A DNA stretch of 64,000 nt from Octopus sinensis (GCF_006345805.1 NC_043000.1:43338001-43402000), one strand, 5' to 3'; shown: positions 37,754 to 52,699, counted from the first letter of the stretch. The notes: generated by a model not told the origin, from the letters alone. Numbers and translations: made by a program.

Positions 37754-38032
37754 TCTTAGATGGAGTCGCTGCTATAATCGGTTTTCTAACGGTTTTTCTT
37801 TTTTATTTTGTGGAAGCGTCTCAGCAGTGTTCTCACGATACTTTTTTAAGTGCACGAGAAATAGGAAAGTAATTTAATTAAATATGAGCAATAAATTAAA
37901 CATGAGCAATAAATTTTCTGAATATAAAGAATATAAAGAAAAGAAACAAATTCGAAAAGTGAAAAGGCAAAAATATAAGAAAACTCTTTCGTCTTAAATT
38001 GCAGAAAAATTTCTTTTATCATTTCCACTATG

Positions 38033-38436
38033 TAAGACAGTGAGCTGGCAGAAACGTCAGCACGCCGGGCGAAATGCGTAGCCGTATTTCGTCTGCCGTT
38101 ACGTTCTGAGTTCAAATTCCGCCGAGGTCGACTTTGCCTTTCATCCTTTCGGGGTCGATAAATAAAGTAACAGTTACGCACCGGGTTCGATACAATCGAC
38201 TTAATCCGTTTGTCTGTCTGTCTGTCTGTCCTTGTTTGTCTCCTCTGTGTTTAGCCCCTTGTGGGTAGTAAAGAAATAGGTATTTCGTCTCCCCCTACGT
38301 TCTGAGTTCAACTTCCATCAAGGGTGACTTTGCCTTTCATCCTTTGGTGTTCGATATCATATCACACTGGGACCAATGCAATTACGTGGACTCCCTCAAA
38401 ATCTCTGGCCTTGTGTCGAAATTTGAAACCGTTATT
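38033..38436 (+). mobile_element. SINE family B full copy (38033-38278) joined to a second headless, older B copy (38279-38436)
   Basis: gtgagctggcagaaacg…gagttcaaattcc…aagaaata, then ggtatttcgtct…tacgttctgagttcaa…ggccttgtgtcgaaatttgaaacc. Confidence 0.9.
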
Positions 38437-39329
38437 TCCACGATTATTCCTTTTTTGTTTTTTTTAGCTATAAATGTAAATAACTTTCACAGAGTAAAAC
38501 AGAAAAGCTTAACTACAATAAAGGAGCCAACGAAAATAAATTTTGTTTTGTCTTTATAACTACGCACAAAGAACGTACTAGAAAATACAAAAACAAATTG
38601 CTGAAGCATAAGAATATGAAGACTAAGGATCAAATACAAATATGAAGGGACATTGTAGGGTAAAATTTATTTGAATATATTAAAGTATAACCTAAATTTC
38701 CTCATATATTTTACCATAACGAGGACGATTAATATATTTCGAAAACTTTACGATCAATTTGTATGACAGAAAAATTTCACACATGCAATAAAAGCAGTAA
38801 CATTAAACCGAAATTTAGTCATGTTTAAGTGTATTAAATTCTAGATATGCAATATTACGACGTCAATGCAAAAATATACACATCCATGTACAAGAAACAA
38901 CGGAAATAAAAAAAAAACGGTGTAGTGTTGTTGGCAATTATGTTACTAGTCGTCCAGCTATTTCCCCACGTTTATTATCTCATAAATCTGGGACATGAAC
39001 GAGATCGCTCTTGTTTTAAAGCATTTGCATGTTCTTTTTTGTTACATCAGTGGTTTGAAGCAATTTTAAAGCCCAACTTAGCGAACTTATATCATTATTT
39101 CGTCCTCACAAAATTGATGAGTGGTGACATTTTCTTCCGATTTGCAAGAATTACTTGAATACACCAAATGCTTTGTATAGTTTATGATCCATAAAGCAGT
39201 ACATTTATTATTAAGACAGAATACTTCAAAGAATACATTTGTATATATTGTATTTAAGCACAGGAAAAAAATAATGACGGGAAATAAAATATATTTCTAA
39301 TATGTAGATCTTTTTTCATAAAGTCGGTT

Positions 39330-39378
<49 letters not shown>

Positions 39379-39396
39379 TCACACACACACACACGC

Positions 39397-39469
<73 letters not shown>

Positions 39470-41630
39470 CATACATTTACACATGCATGGGAAGCTGTTC
39501 TAATCACACGCAACATGGTAAATCGTTCTGCTAGAAACTACTGTAACATTTCACTTAAATTACACCTGCTGTCCTTAAGAAGAATAACTATCGTACCTAA
39601 AATTATACTCGGCTTCTATATATATATATATAATATATATATATATATTTTAAAACAAGCAATATTTATAATAAGGTTTAATTTAAACATAGAATTGCTT
39701 GATCAGTGCTGAGATAGTAAGAAACAACAAGAAAATTGGCAGAAATAATACCATTTTGCAATTGGTCTAAAATTAACTTAGTATTATGATAACAAGATAG
39801 TTAAAATTATAATTTGAAAAACAGGCTTCATTCGAGCTATATTCTTATGCTTGCAAATAACTGTGTAAGACCGAATTCATACTAATTTCTGCAGTGACTT
39901 TCTGTTTGCTTCATTTACTGGCAGTTCTATATGGTACCTAAGTAAGATATTCTGACTTATATATCTAGAAATAAAGCTGGTGCAGAAACTTATTTCAATT
40001 TTAGAAGTTAAAATAATACATATTAGGTCATAATATCATAGGACGAGTTTGTTTATGGATTACGAAATAATAAAAAGACATGGAAATAAATTACCTGTAC
40101 ATTATTTAAAATTCCATATCTCTCACTAATGTTGTGAAGATGAAGAAGACAACTAAACCTGCTATAATTTTTCCTAATAAAATACTGCGAATCTACCGCT
40201 GAGTTATCAAACGTATGAGTAGTAGGTACATAGGAATATAAATAATATCTGTCGTTTAAAAATAATAAAAACTACACCGGCATTTAAGATATGAATTTAA
40301 AGAATAAGATGTAACAGACTAAACGTATAATGTAAGCTATAACTGTTACGTCTAAAGATTTCGCAGAATTTAGTAACGTTAGAAGACAGTGCTAGGGTTG
40401 ATTTTGGCTGTGTTAATGTTTCCTCTCACACAAAAATACAAGGAACTCTTATATGTATAATATTAAATCACAAATTAAAAGCACTTCTAGTAAACTAAAC
40501 GTTATCGGTTGCACATAGGTAGTGTTTTGTTTATACGCCAGACTTACTGCAGGGTAGAATCCAGCTAGAGCTCCGTACACAACTCCGAGAGCCAAAGAAC
40601 AACGAATATTAGATAGCAAAATGTCCGGAAATAGGCGTTGTCTCGCCTGGTTTACAACATTGTGTATCCTTTAACAATCGACGTTGTGTAGGGAGCTTTC
40701 CTCGGATGCTATTCTGAACCAATTCAGCATATAGGCTTCACTATAATTGCATATAAGTTAAAGTCTAGCGATTCACGCGGTTTCGAGATGATCCGAGTGC
40801 ACAATATTGATAATACACAGTAAAGACAAGATATCGGTATCTACCATTCTCAGATTCCGAGTCGAGCTGATTCGAGGGTCTAGGACAGTCGGTGCCCTTC
40901 AACACTCGGCGTCGTGTAGGGACCTTCCCTTGAGTGCTATCCAGAAGCAAATTAAGCGTATAAACAAACGCATACTTTATGTATGTACGGCCCATGATGT
41001 TTATATCCACACAGTCACACAGACGTGTCGGAGTGCATGCATGTGAATTTATGTGTTCACACATGTGGGTGCGGTGCATCTTTGATAGAACTTCAAAGAA
41101 CAACATTTTCATTTGAGTCTCATAATAATCCAGTAGTGTCTCTAAGATAACAAAGTCCTTCTAGTCGGATTTCATAGATCAAATACTACGAAGAATTTGT
41201 TGTAAAGAATACCTTGCATTATTTTCGTTGTAGCGAATATTAAAATATCAAAATGCAGGAAAAGTACAAGGTGCGGCAGAAATACCCCCACATTTGAAAG
41301 GTTGCCAAAAGGAAAAATAAACAACATTTATGAACAATTAATTTTACTGTTGTTTAAACAAAGGATTACAGGTTTTGTTCATTAGCTAAATGAAAGCATC
41401 ATTTGGCATTTGCATCAGTTCATTAGCAACACATAAATGAAAGTTCAAAATGTGGGAGGTAATTCTGCCGCACCCTGTATCTTTGATTCGGTTAGTATAA
41501 TTTTTCCTTCATTTGAGGTGGGGAACTTGTTTTACATCTTTGAAGAAACGTGTTTATTTCTTCTTTTACTGTCTACCATTCCAACCCACAATTCTTTTAG
41601 TAGCAAAGTTGGTCTTAATTTCGTATGCTC

Positions 41631-41669
<39 letters not shown>

Positions 41670-43301
41670 TATAATCTTTTACTGTGTTCTTGGTTTCAGC
41701 CAGAGGCTGTGACCATACCGGGATACGTGTATATGTGTATATACGCATACATTCATACACTATTTATTATAAATATATAAATACGTGTTTTATATTGTGG
41801 GAGATTGAGAGTATTTGCATTATATGAAAATTGCCATATGTTACTTCAATGTAGTAATTTATCTACCATATTAGAATATTTTTGGCTTTACTCGATGTTT
41901 GAAATTCCCTGTATGTAGTCTCTTTCAAAATATTATACAAGTATTTGTATATGTGCGTTTGTTCCCATATTGAAAATGAACTCACGAATTGCTGTTGCAT
42001 ACATAGTCAAAACCATGCATCTAGTATATTTCCATTACTTCAATATTGCTAATATTAAGTCATTAAAATAATCTAGTAGCATTATTAATGTAGCGTTTAT
42101 TCATAAAGATACTTTTTGTTCTATTAGATGAATTAGCATCAATAAAGATAATATCTGAGTAATGTTTGTTTTTTATCTTTCATTACCATCTGTCAGATGT
42201 CCATATTTTCATCGACTATAATAAATTATATTGTTTGTACGCTTTGCTATATTATTTAATTTATATTTTGAGTTATGATGAGAAGCAGTATATAAATATA
42301 TTATTTTCAAATGTAGGCACAAGACTTTATATTTCGGCGGAAAATATAATCGATTATAATTGACAACACCTGACAATTATACACTCAACGGGCCATGATA
42401 TAACATACAAAAAAAACCGAAGTTTCCCGCGTAGTACTATTTCAAAAAAGAATGTGAAGTACTTTGATTAATTACAGCATGGAAATTAATTCAGTAATTT
42501 ATTGATCTATCAAACCAAGTCCTCCAAAATAAAAAATAATATTACTCGAAATCACTGAAAATATCCTTTCAAAATAAATTTTTATATTCTTTTTAGTTTA
42601 ATTCTTTGATCTCTTAGTTGGGTGAGAAATGTAATGTTTTATAGGGTCACTAGAGGGAAAAAGAGATATATTCACTAACTTGAACCCACCCGCATCAGGA
42701 TTCTTGTGGCAGCTTGAACTTCGTTAAATCAGGCTCAAAAGCAGTTAGTGGTAAAACGAGAAATCAAATAGTTTTATACTAATCTCATAAAGTTGATAGG
42801 ACATTGCATAATTTCTAATGATGTTCTCGTCGAGTATTGGTGTTGAATGAAATTCAGTTTCACCCACAATGAATTTCAGCACACAATATAATAATCACAA
42901 CTTCGTATAAATAGATCGGTAGTGCTCCACTGTTACCATTGAAACTGCTTGCATATTATCTACTTGTGTTGGTCAGGTATATCGATAATGGCTACTGCAA
43001 CTATTTGAAAGTAGATGATTATATTTATATATATATAATATATATATACATACACAACAACACACACAACACACACCACATTATATATATATATATTATA
43101 TATTATATATATATGTGTGTATGTGTATGTGGTGTGTGTGTTTGCGTGTGTGTAATAGAACTGAAAGCTACTTTTCAATTACGTCACGGATGTTTCGTGA
43201 GACTGACTATTTATTGGTTATTAAAAGATTACATAAGAGAAAAAATAATCAGACCACTTCAGCAGGTCATTTCCTTGATCGTTAAGACCTCCCCCACTTC
43301 G

Positions 43302-43340
<39 letters not shown>

Positions 43341-44771
43341 CGAAGGGTGCGTGTGTGTATTTGCGTGCCTATGTGTGGTTAAGCAAACTCTGTAGTTGAT
43401 TGAAATTTGTAGAGCAAATAATCTTTGATTTTCACCATATTGGTTTTGAGGATATAGTGTTGGCAATCAATTGACTTTTGAAGTCGTTGATTTGCTCCGC
43501 ATAAAAATGAAATATTGCAGTGGTCTGTAATAAGAAATTTGAAATCTTGCAAAATAGTTGTGGCAGTAAATTGTAGTATAGACGCCCCCACAAAAAAAAA
43601 CCCACAAAAGACAGCAAAGTGCATTTTCTACTGTACAAGTGTAGGTGAGTTATATTTCATACATAATACTTACTTGAGACTTGATTATTAAAGATTAATA
43701 TCTGAATAAAATGTGAGTATTTATACTTTGATAACTAATGCTTTACTCATTTATAATGAATAGAAATTATTTCGAAGCAACGCCTAACACTAAAAGGAAT
43801 AAATGAGATAAGTGGTCAAAATAATTTTGAATATATATAAATCAATACATGCATTCATACATACACAAACACACATACGCACACGCATATACACACAGAT
43901 ACACACATACATACGCACGTACTTAGCACATACATAATACATATATATCTATATATACATTCACACTCACACACAGATACACACACAATGAGAGGCGCAC
44001 ATACGCACATACACACATACACAAACACACACGTTTGTGTGTTTTGTTGTGTATTAATGATCGAATTATTATTAATGACCACAATGTGTTAGAAAAATAA
44101 TTACCGTGAAGTAGCTGGTAGGAAAATTAAGGCTAAACCAAGCAACATTACAATGAGTGACTTATCGAATATATTCTTAGATGTGAATATAATGAACAGG
44201 ATCAATTCACATTAAATTTACTTGATAAAATGATGATTCGCCAGTCAAACGAAACTAACACGAAATTAACATTTCTCACCTATAATATTCGTTTTGTGAT
44301 ATTGATTTCTTTCATTGAGAGCAATTTATGGTAGAATTCGTATGGCACTTCAAAAAATACTGATAACGGTTATATTTTTTCATTCAGACATGTGATGTCC
44401 TTGACATTAAATTAATCTTCTTAAATTTGCGGTTTTGAGGATTGAGAAATAAGTATTAGTATTGGATTGATTCAATTTAATCGATTCAACCGTCTCCACT
44501 AAATGTAGTTAAGGATTGTACCGAAGACAAAAATCAATATTCGTTTGTTACATATAGACAATGTTAGTATTTATACGACGTGTTTAAAAACAGTTGAATC
44601 AGATATAATTATATTACTAGTACAAAATTTGTCATTCTCTAGCAAGTTAACATTACAAAAGATATGAAATCTGTACTGTTTTTCCTTTTTGCAATATTTA
44701 ACTCATATCCTTTGTAACGTTGAATAGCAATGGATAAAACTAAATACAATGGCTAAAATATCCCTATATAT

Positions 44772-44900
44772 ATAAGGTGGTCTCAAAAAGTTCCCAGACT
44801 AGTTCTGTAACGCACCATCAGGTGGCGGAACACGGTGACGTGCGCAATGAGAGTTAGCAGTGACCTTCATGAGGTAGTAAGCCGTGACATGGTTGTGTTA
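44772..44900 (+). mobile_element. Mariner-like terminal fragment
   Basis: ta-taaggtggtctcaaaaagttcccagact resembles a mariner TIR; GC-richer subterminal sequence follows. Confidence 0.45.
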
Positions 44901-45085
44901 TTATTCTATTCTATATATATATATATATAATATACATACATATATATATACACACACATATATATATATACACACACACACCTTATATATAATATATATA
45001 TATATATATATATTATATAATATATATACATACATATATATAATGTATATATATATACATATAACATATACATACATATATATAA

Positions 45086-45307
45086 CTAGCAGTATCGCCC
45101 GGCGTTGCTCGGGTTTGTAAGGAAATTACTATATAAGCATTTTTAGAGAGTTACTTCCCTTATTAATAGCAAAAAAAATGCATTAAAAATTGTAGACTCA
45201 TCGTAGACATTTTTAGAGAGAGTTACTTCCCTTATATAATAGCAAAAAGATGCATTAAAAATGGAAAAAAAATATGGTAAATTTTAAAAAATCGTAGACT
45301 CATCGTA
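45086..45307 (-). mobile_element. Helitron 3' end with subterminal tandem duplication
   Basis: Minus strand CCCG-AGCAACGC-CGGG hairpin (45113-45098), then CTAG|T (45089-45086); catttttagagag…gtagactcatcgta occurs twice. Confidence 0.75.
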
Positions 45308-45479
45308 TATATATATATACATAATATATTATGTATATATATATATATATTATACATATATATATATATGTATATATATATATATTATAACACATATATA
45401 TAATGTATATATGTATATATATAACATATATATTATATCTATATAACTATATATATATGTAAATGTGTGTGTGTATATA

Positions 45480-45525
<46 letters not shown>

Positions 45526-45688
45526 TATACAATATATATACGAAAGAAGGTTTGAAAATGCAATTTTAAAAGATGTTTATTTACTTTACCGGTTTCACTC
45601 TTTGGAAAAAGATTGTCAAATGTAACATGCGTTAATTAACATGCGTTAATTATTGGTTGTTACAAAATACTACATTACATATAAAAGG

Positions 45689-45739
45689 TCTAATGTGTAA
45701 CTTTAATTTTGAAATATTTTACCGTATATATTATTTCGG

Positions 45740-45771
<32 letters not shown>

Positions 45772-45804
45772 GTGTGTGTGTATACATATAATATATATCT
45801 ATAT

Positions 45805-45873
<69 letters not shown>

Positions 45874-46434
45874 AAGGCGCATTGGCCCAGTGATTAGGGC
45901 AGCGGACTCGCGCTGTAGCATCGCGGTTTCGATTCCCAGACCGGGCGCTGTGGGTGTTTATTGAGCGAAAACACCGAAAGCTCCACGCGGCTTTATATAT
46001 ATATATTATATACATATATCAACGTGATCACCGTGACCGATCAGGCTATCAGATGTTGCTACACATCGCTGGTCAGAATGCGCTTCACATGATTTTAGCT
46101 TTCAAATGACGCCACCCCGCTGGCTAAGCGAGCAGGCCAAATGAAAAAAGAGTGAAAGTTGTGGCGAAAGAGTATAGCAGGGATCGCCACCACCCTCTGC
46201 CCGAGCCGTGTGGAGCTTCAGGTGTTTTCGCTCAATAAACACCCACAACGCCCGGTCTGGTAATCGAAACCGCGATCCTACAAGCGCGAGTCAGCTGCCC
46301 TAACCACTGGGCCAATGTGCCTTCACACACACACACACACGATTGTATGACTGAGCGCCTTCGCCTCGATTCGATTCGATTCGTTTCGTTTCTTCTTCTA
46401 CTCTAATCTGGTTTATATATATATATATTATATA

Positions 46435-46492
<58 letters not shown>

Positions 46493-46594
46493 ATATATAT
46501 ATGTATACACACACACGTATATATATACATATATATATATATACACCGAAATAATATACGGTAAAATATTTCAAAATGCTAGTTACACTTTAGA
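45689..46594. repeat. Inverted duplication of unique flank + TA/TG tract + SINE D head
   Basis: 45689-45992 versus reverse complement of 46204-46594; includes non-SINE tctaa-gtgtaact…ttttgaaatattttaccgtata-ttatttcggt. Confidence 0.88.
46020..46326 (-). mobile_element. SINE family D, longer copy
   Basis: Head TGGCCCAGTGG/GGTTTCGATT; body homologous to 25616-25790. Confidence 0.88.
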
Positions 46595-46727
46595 ATAAAG
46601 GTTGGTACGAAACCTCACAAAGAAGCATGATATATACGAAGTTCAAATATAGATGTCAAATGTGTATTGTAGTAAATCAATACTATTGTTTTTAGTGAGG
46701 GGAAACACGAATTATATTTGACTGACT

Positions 46728-46944
46728 TAAGGCGGTGAGCTAGCAGTGCAGTTTGCACACCGGACAAGACTCTTAGCGGCATATCATCAGTCCCTACGTT
46801 CTGAGTTCAAGTTCCCCCGAGGCCGGCCTTGCTCTCCATCCGTTCGGAGCTTTGTAAAATAAGCACCAGTAGAGTCCTGGTGTCGGTGTATTCTATTTAA
46901 CCCCTCCCCCGAAATTGGTGGCCTTGTGTCAAAATATGAAAACT
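46728..46944 (+). mobile_element. SINE family B, diverged
   Basis: taaggcggtgagctagcag…tacgttctgagttcaagttcc…ggccttgtgtcaaaatatgaaa. Confidence 0.8.
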
Positions 46945-47649
46945 ATATTATCTCTACAAATTTTGGAAAACTCACAAAATTAGTACTTTTCAAGGATATC
47001 TCGCAGATTTGATTGCAGGAAGACCCAATTTTCTTCAGGGCTGATGTAAACAAATAATTCAGTCAAACATATGAGTTCTTAAAACTCAAGAAAACACTGA
47101 ATGAAAATTATTCATAAAATGTTTGGGTTTATTGTATTACCCACACATCGAAATTCATAAATGCATGCGTTTGTATACCCACTAATGCTAATAGGGTTTT
47201 AACATGCGTAAGCACGTCACCTCTGTTTTTGACAGGACGCTGGTAGTTAGTTATAGTGTTCCAAATAATAAATAGGTAATCTATTTATAAGAAATGTATA
47301 ATTGCTCTTGGCAGATTTGAAGCGCTAGAAATAAAAAAAAAAGTAGCTACTTCTAAATACAAAAAATGAAATATTACAATAACAGTTATGAGCTTAGAAA
47401 GTAGACATTTAGCAATAATCTTAGCATTGTTTCCTTTTGAGATTTTCTGCCAATCTTTACAATAATTTTTATATATTTTAAAAATATTCCTTTACATTTA
47501 TTTATGTGTTTTAGCTATTGTAATTAATGAGATTTCAGCTTAAGAAGACAAATCATTCAACAATTGTAATTGAGCTATTGATCAAGTGTTAAAGATACAG
47601 AAATATATATATTTTTACGTAACTCGTATAATTCATTACGAAATTTTCG

Positions 47650-47865
47650 TTTCAAATTTTGGCACAAGGACAGCAATTTCGAGCGAGGGAGCAAGTCGAT
47701 TACATCAACACTAATGATTACCAAGTACGTATTTTATCGACTGGAAAGGTTTATGAACGATCAAAATCTACCTCGGCGGAATTAGAACTCAGAGCGTACA
47801 GACGGGGAATATGTCTCCATGCATTTGGCCTGCTGCACTAACGATTCTGCTAGCTCGCTGCCTTA
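47650..47865 (-). mobile_element. SINE family B, diverged
   Basis: caaattttggcacaagg…cctcggcggaattagaactcaga…ctagctcgctgcctta. Confidence 0.8.
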
Positions 47866-48448
47866 TAATATTCTTTCTAAATATTTCATGTAGTACGATG
47901 ATCGCTTTCACTGAGAGCAAAATTAAGTCTCTAAAGTATAGTTGAAGACTTTAGGTAAAAATATAAATACCTATTGAGGATAATGTCCGAAAATAAAACT
48001 TTGTTCCTCTCCAGAGCAAATATTTTCATAGTTTATGCAAGTTAGTCAAGCAAATTGTCTCCGCAGATCTTTTTGTGTATTCTATATGTAATTGTTGCTC
48101 ACTTCAATCACACTCTTCCACAATTCTTGCCATCATCTGCTCATCTGCAATTGCTCTGTTTGTCACAAAAAGAATCTACATGTCACCATGCTAATATCTA
48201 TTTTTACGCTACGTGTTACACTACTAATCTAGTGGAGTATTTTCCTAAAGCCCTAGAGTATCGCATTTTAATGCGCGTATGCTCTCATCATAGGAGACTG
48301 GAATCCTCATAAATCGAAATAGATGATTGTGTGCACGTACAGTTACGTAAGATACTGAAGGTATTTTATTAAATTCGTTTCATTTCTTCCACGCGTCCTC
48401 ACCCTCGATAAAAGTACCATATAACCTCATGTATGCACATATACATAC

Positions 48449-48552
<104 letters not shown>

Positions 48553-49662
48553 CTTATATATTAACAAAATTAGAAAAGTACAAGACGTCTGACAATACAC
48601 GGGTCTCTGTAATATAATTAGCAACTGTATGCAATAAGTACGTGGAGTGAAACGTTTACTCCAATATTTCTCAATTGGGTGCCTGGTCAACCCTTTTGAA
48701 TGAGAATTATAGTCGGTTTAATAGATGATGGCAAGTCACTACTGATAATATTCGAACATATGGACATTTTGTTCGTTTCTCTGATGATTTCATTGCGCAT
48801 ATATCTTAAAAACCAGAATCTGAACGAACGATATATATAAATTCTAAGTGCTGTTCTTAGTAAAAATGTGAGTTTACACGAACTCACACACTATCATACA
48901 CACAAACACAGGCACTCCCCCAAAACAAACACACAGACACACACACATACACACATGCGCGCATATAGGCACACTCAGACAAAAGGTTTTGACACGTATT
49001 GAAAAAATGACTAGGTTTAAATTTAAATATTTTTGTCAGTTTGAAATGCAAAGATTATAAACAATTTACGAGATAATATTAAATTACATCATAGCCATGC
49101 CTTGAATATAGACATCGCAGTGAAATAACTATAAACTACATAAGAAATGGAAGAAATTTCTCTATTATATTTTCCTGCTTTTAAACACGGTTTCTTTCTG
49201 AGCAAATACTAATATATCTCTTCATTATATTCGTTGTTGCTAATAAACATATCACATAATAAAAGACAGATTACATAAATAGTTTGTGTTTTGTAGCTCT
49301 AATTTCTTAGAAAAGACCTTACACAATGTGAATCCTATTCATTGAACAATGCATGAATTTGCCTCCAAAAGGAGATGTAATCTACAAAAATGGATACAAA
49401 CGAAGTCACAGATGTTACACTAGATTTCTTTTACTCCAGGAAAGATATCTAAAATATGGCTAGGGGCCCCTCACTCCTAGCTGTTGCATGATCATTCACT
49501 CGTCAAAGTTCATCCATTCTTTGATGGGCGTTATCGTCTGTGCTTTCTGTAAACTGCCGTATAAATATCAGCATCCTTGTCAAGGAGGATACTTAACATT
49601 TAATCGCTAACGGACTGAACATGCGCATGTGTGTGTAAATATATATGTATATGTATGTATAC

Positions 49663-49716
<54 letters not shown>

Positions 49717-52132
49717 ATGTATATATATATATATAATATATATATATATAATATATATATATATATGATATACACCACGCATACACTCACAGATATATGT
49801 GTGTACGTGTGCATTTAAAATCTGATACAGCATAATTTTACATTATCAAAATAACCGCGCTAAGTTGTAATACGATATAATGCGATCGATTCCTTTTATA
49901 ACTATTATTATGAAGAAAGAAGAAGGTAATCGGTGCATAAGTCTATTTATCTATTTGATTATTTACTAGCATATTGTTTATATATATGTGGCGAATGCAT
50001 TATTATCTGACTCTGTTTTATTGCTGAAGTTTATACACGCTTACGCCAGACTGTAGACGTATATCGAGACGTTGATATGTTTAAACTAACAACCCGATTA
50101 TTGTATTTCTTCTTTTATAATTTATTGATACCAAATATATATTTACACACATATATATGCGCTCACACATTCAGCCATGCGTATACTGTCACATAAAAAA
50201 AACAACTTTTTTCAGTGTATTTACAAAATTTATAACGTATCATTGATGATCTGGCGCTGCTTTTCATGATAATGCCAAGTTTTATATTAATCCGTCCCAT
50301 TAGGCGCTAAATGTGATTATTTAAAGAATTTAAAGACGCGGGGGTTATTTACGTTCTCTCAAACATGATGAATTACAAGTAACATGGTAGTTGAATGTTT
50401 CTGAAATAATGGAAATATGTAATTTAAATAGATTAAATCAATACTGACTGTGCTTGTACATGTTTTCAGACTTATCATAATATTTTTAGCTTCCAAAATG
50501 TTATGTTTATATGTAATTTACTGAAAACTAAGTATGATCATAATATGGCCGTAATTACAGAACAATATTCATGAGGATGTAAGTAAATTCCTGCAAATTT
50601 AAACTGTTTGCTATGGTGTCCATTGCATTTTCGGTGTATTTGAATGGGATGCATAAATTAGGTGTGTGGCCAAATATTATGTTATACACACACACATGCG
50701 CACATATGCAGGCATATGAACGTCTTTCTGTCTGTATACATGTATGGCAACTTTTGTAAGAGCTGACATACTTTAAGGAGCGGGTTGAAGAGAAAACTTA
50801 GGCAAATTTAGCTAAGTTACTCGCCTTATTTTGAGAGCTTGCAAACCACATGTCTAATTCGTTCACTGTTCTAGGTACTTCCTTGCACTCATCTGCGAAT
50901 TAAATCATAGTACATTAAAATAAATTTCAATCTAGATGCTCGGCGCAGAAAACAGTATACGTATGTTCGAGTGGTAAAGAGTAGAAGAGAAATACCGCTA
51001 TTCTACTTGTTTTCTCAAAATCTGTGATAGTCATCCACGCAGTAAACTGCTGATATATAGCGGGGATGTGATTGATTTCGAGTTCCCCATCCGTGGATGC
51101 TAACTTCGTGCTGGATTATGCGAAAAAGGTCCCAATCGTCGGAAGTACATAGTAACTCCAAGGAACTAATTCTAAAGTTTTAAAATATCTTTATAAGAAA
51201 CGTAAGATATGAAATAATCATGTATTATTTACAACAATCTCATACATACAGGGTGCGTCAGATTTTTGAGGTAATTTGAAATGTATGAATTTAGAAAAGT
51301 CATAGCTCATGAAAGAAACGCTTTTTGCAAACCATTTTGTACAAATAATTTTGAACATGCTTTTAAAACACCTGGTCAATGAATCCAAATTTAGAACCAA
51401 TATTGGTTTCGGTCGAGGACAGAAACGTTCAGATGCCAGAATATGAAAATCTTTATCAATTTTGGATATAGTACGGGTTTGACTAACCCATATGGTATTA
51501 GGAGTGGTATTTTATGGTATTAGGAGTGTATGTAGTGACATCTCCATCTCGTCCACGCCCCAAACGTATTAGTTCAGTGGGCTGTTTATTTGAAATGTAA
51601 GTTAAGAAAATAAGTTAGAAAAATACAGAATCTCTTAAAAGAAGTGCTCTAAAAACCCAAACAAAAAACTGATAAACCCTGTATATATATATATACGTAT
51701 ACTACAAGTTTGCTTAATTTTGTCTCACTCGTAGATTGAAATGCATGGATTATTCTACTGTCTTCGCTCATTTGCGCTACATGGGCTCAACTCTCCTCCC
51801 CTCTTCATCTAACCCTCCTCACCCTCCTCTATCCGTCTCACGTCTTCCTCCCACCCATCTCTTCTCTCTTGCTACGATTCCTTCTCCTCTTCATTCCTAT
51901 TCTCCTCTTTTCTCTTCACTCCTACCCATCTTCTCCCTTCCTCTCTTCCTTCATCGTCATCCTTCCCTCGTAACCTACACCTGCACAATCCAACCCCACC
52001 TTCCCTATCCCTCCCTCCCACCACACCCCATCCCTTACACCCACTTCCACATACGCCAAATCTACTCCCACCCTTAGCCTAACCCACAGCCACCCTTGCT
52101 TTCCCCACTCTCGACCCCCACATCTCAATACC

Positions 52133-52365
52133 TATTTCTTTATTACCCACAAGGGGCTAAACACAGCGGGGACAAACAAAAAAACAGACATAGGTATTAA
52201 GTCGATTACATCGACCCCAGTGTGTAACTGGTACTTAATTTATCGACCCCGAAATGATGAAAGGCAAAGTCGACCTCGGCGGAATTTGAACTCACAACGT
52301 AACGCAGACGAAATACCGCTAAGCATTTCGCCCGGCGTGCTAACGTTTCTGCCAGCTCGCCGCCG
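52133..52365 (-). mobile_element. SINE family B, young full-length copy with 13-bp target-site duplication
   Basis: ACATCTCAATACC at 52120-52132 and 52366-52378. Confidence 0.93.
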
Positions 52366-52699
52366 ACATCTCAATACCACCACACCATACACCATCATAT
52401 CACACAACACCATATCACATCACACCCTATCACATCACACCATATCACATCACACCATCACACACACACTAGCACTAGCCCCTTCCCAGCTCCACACCAT
52501 CATCCACACACCTACACACACACGCACACGTCTAGGTCACCAGCCCACTTCTCCACGCACATAAAACTCCCATTATATACACGCATGCGCACCTTCGTTT
52601 TGGGATCACCACTACTTTATTATCTCTCCTCCTTCCTAGATCTCTTGTGTGACCCCTCTGTCCGGCATTCGCCATGATAGAACGCTAGCTGCTACACTT

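Noticed and set aside
51245-51420. Tc1-like terminus TACAGGGTG
   Set aside because: No partner TIR or transposase sequence found; too short to call.
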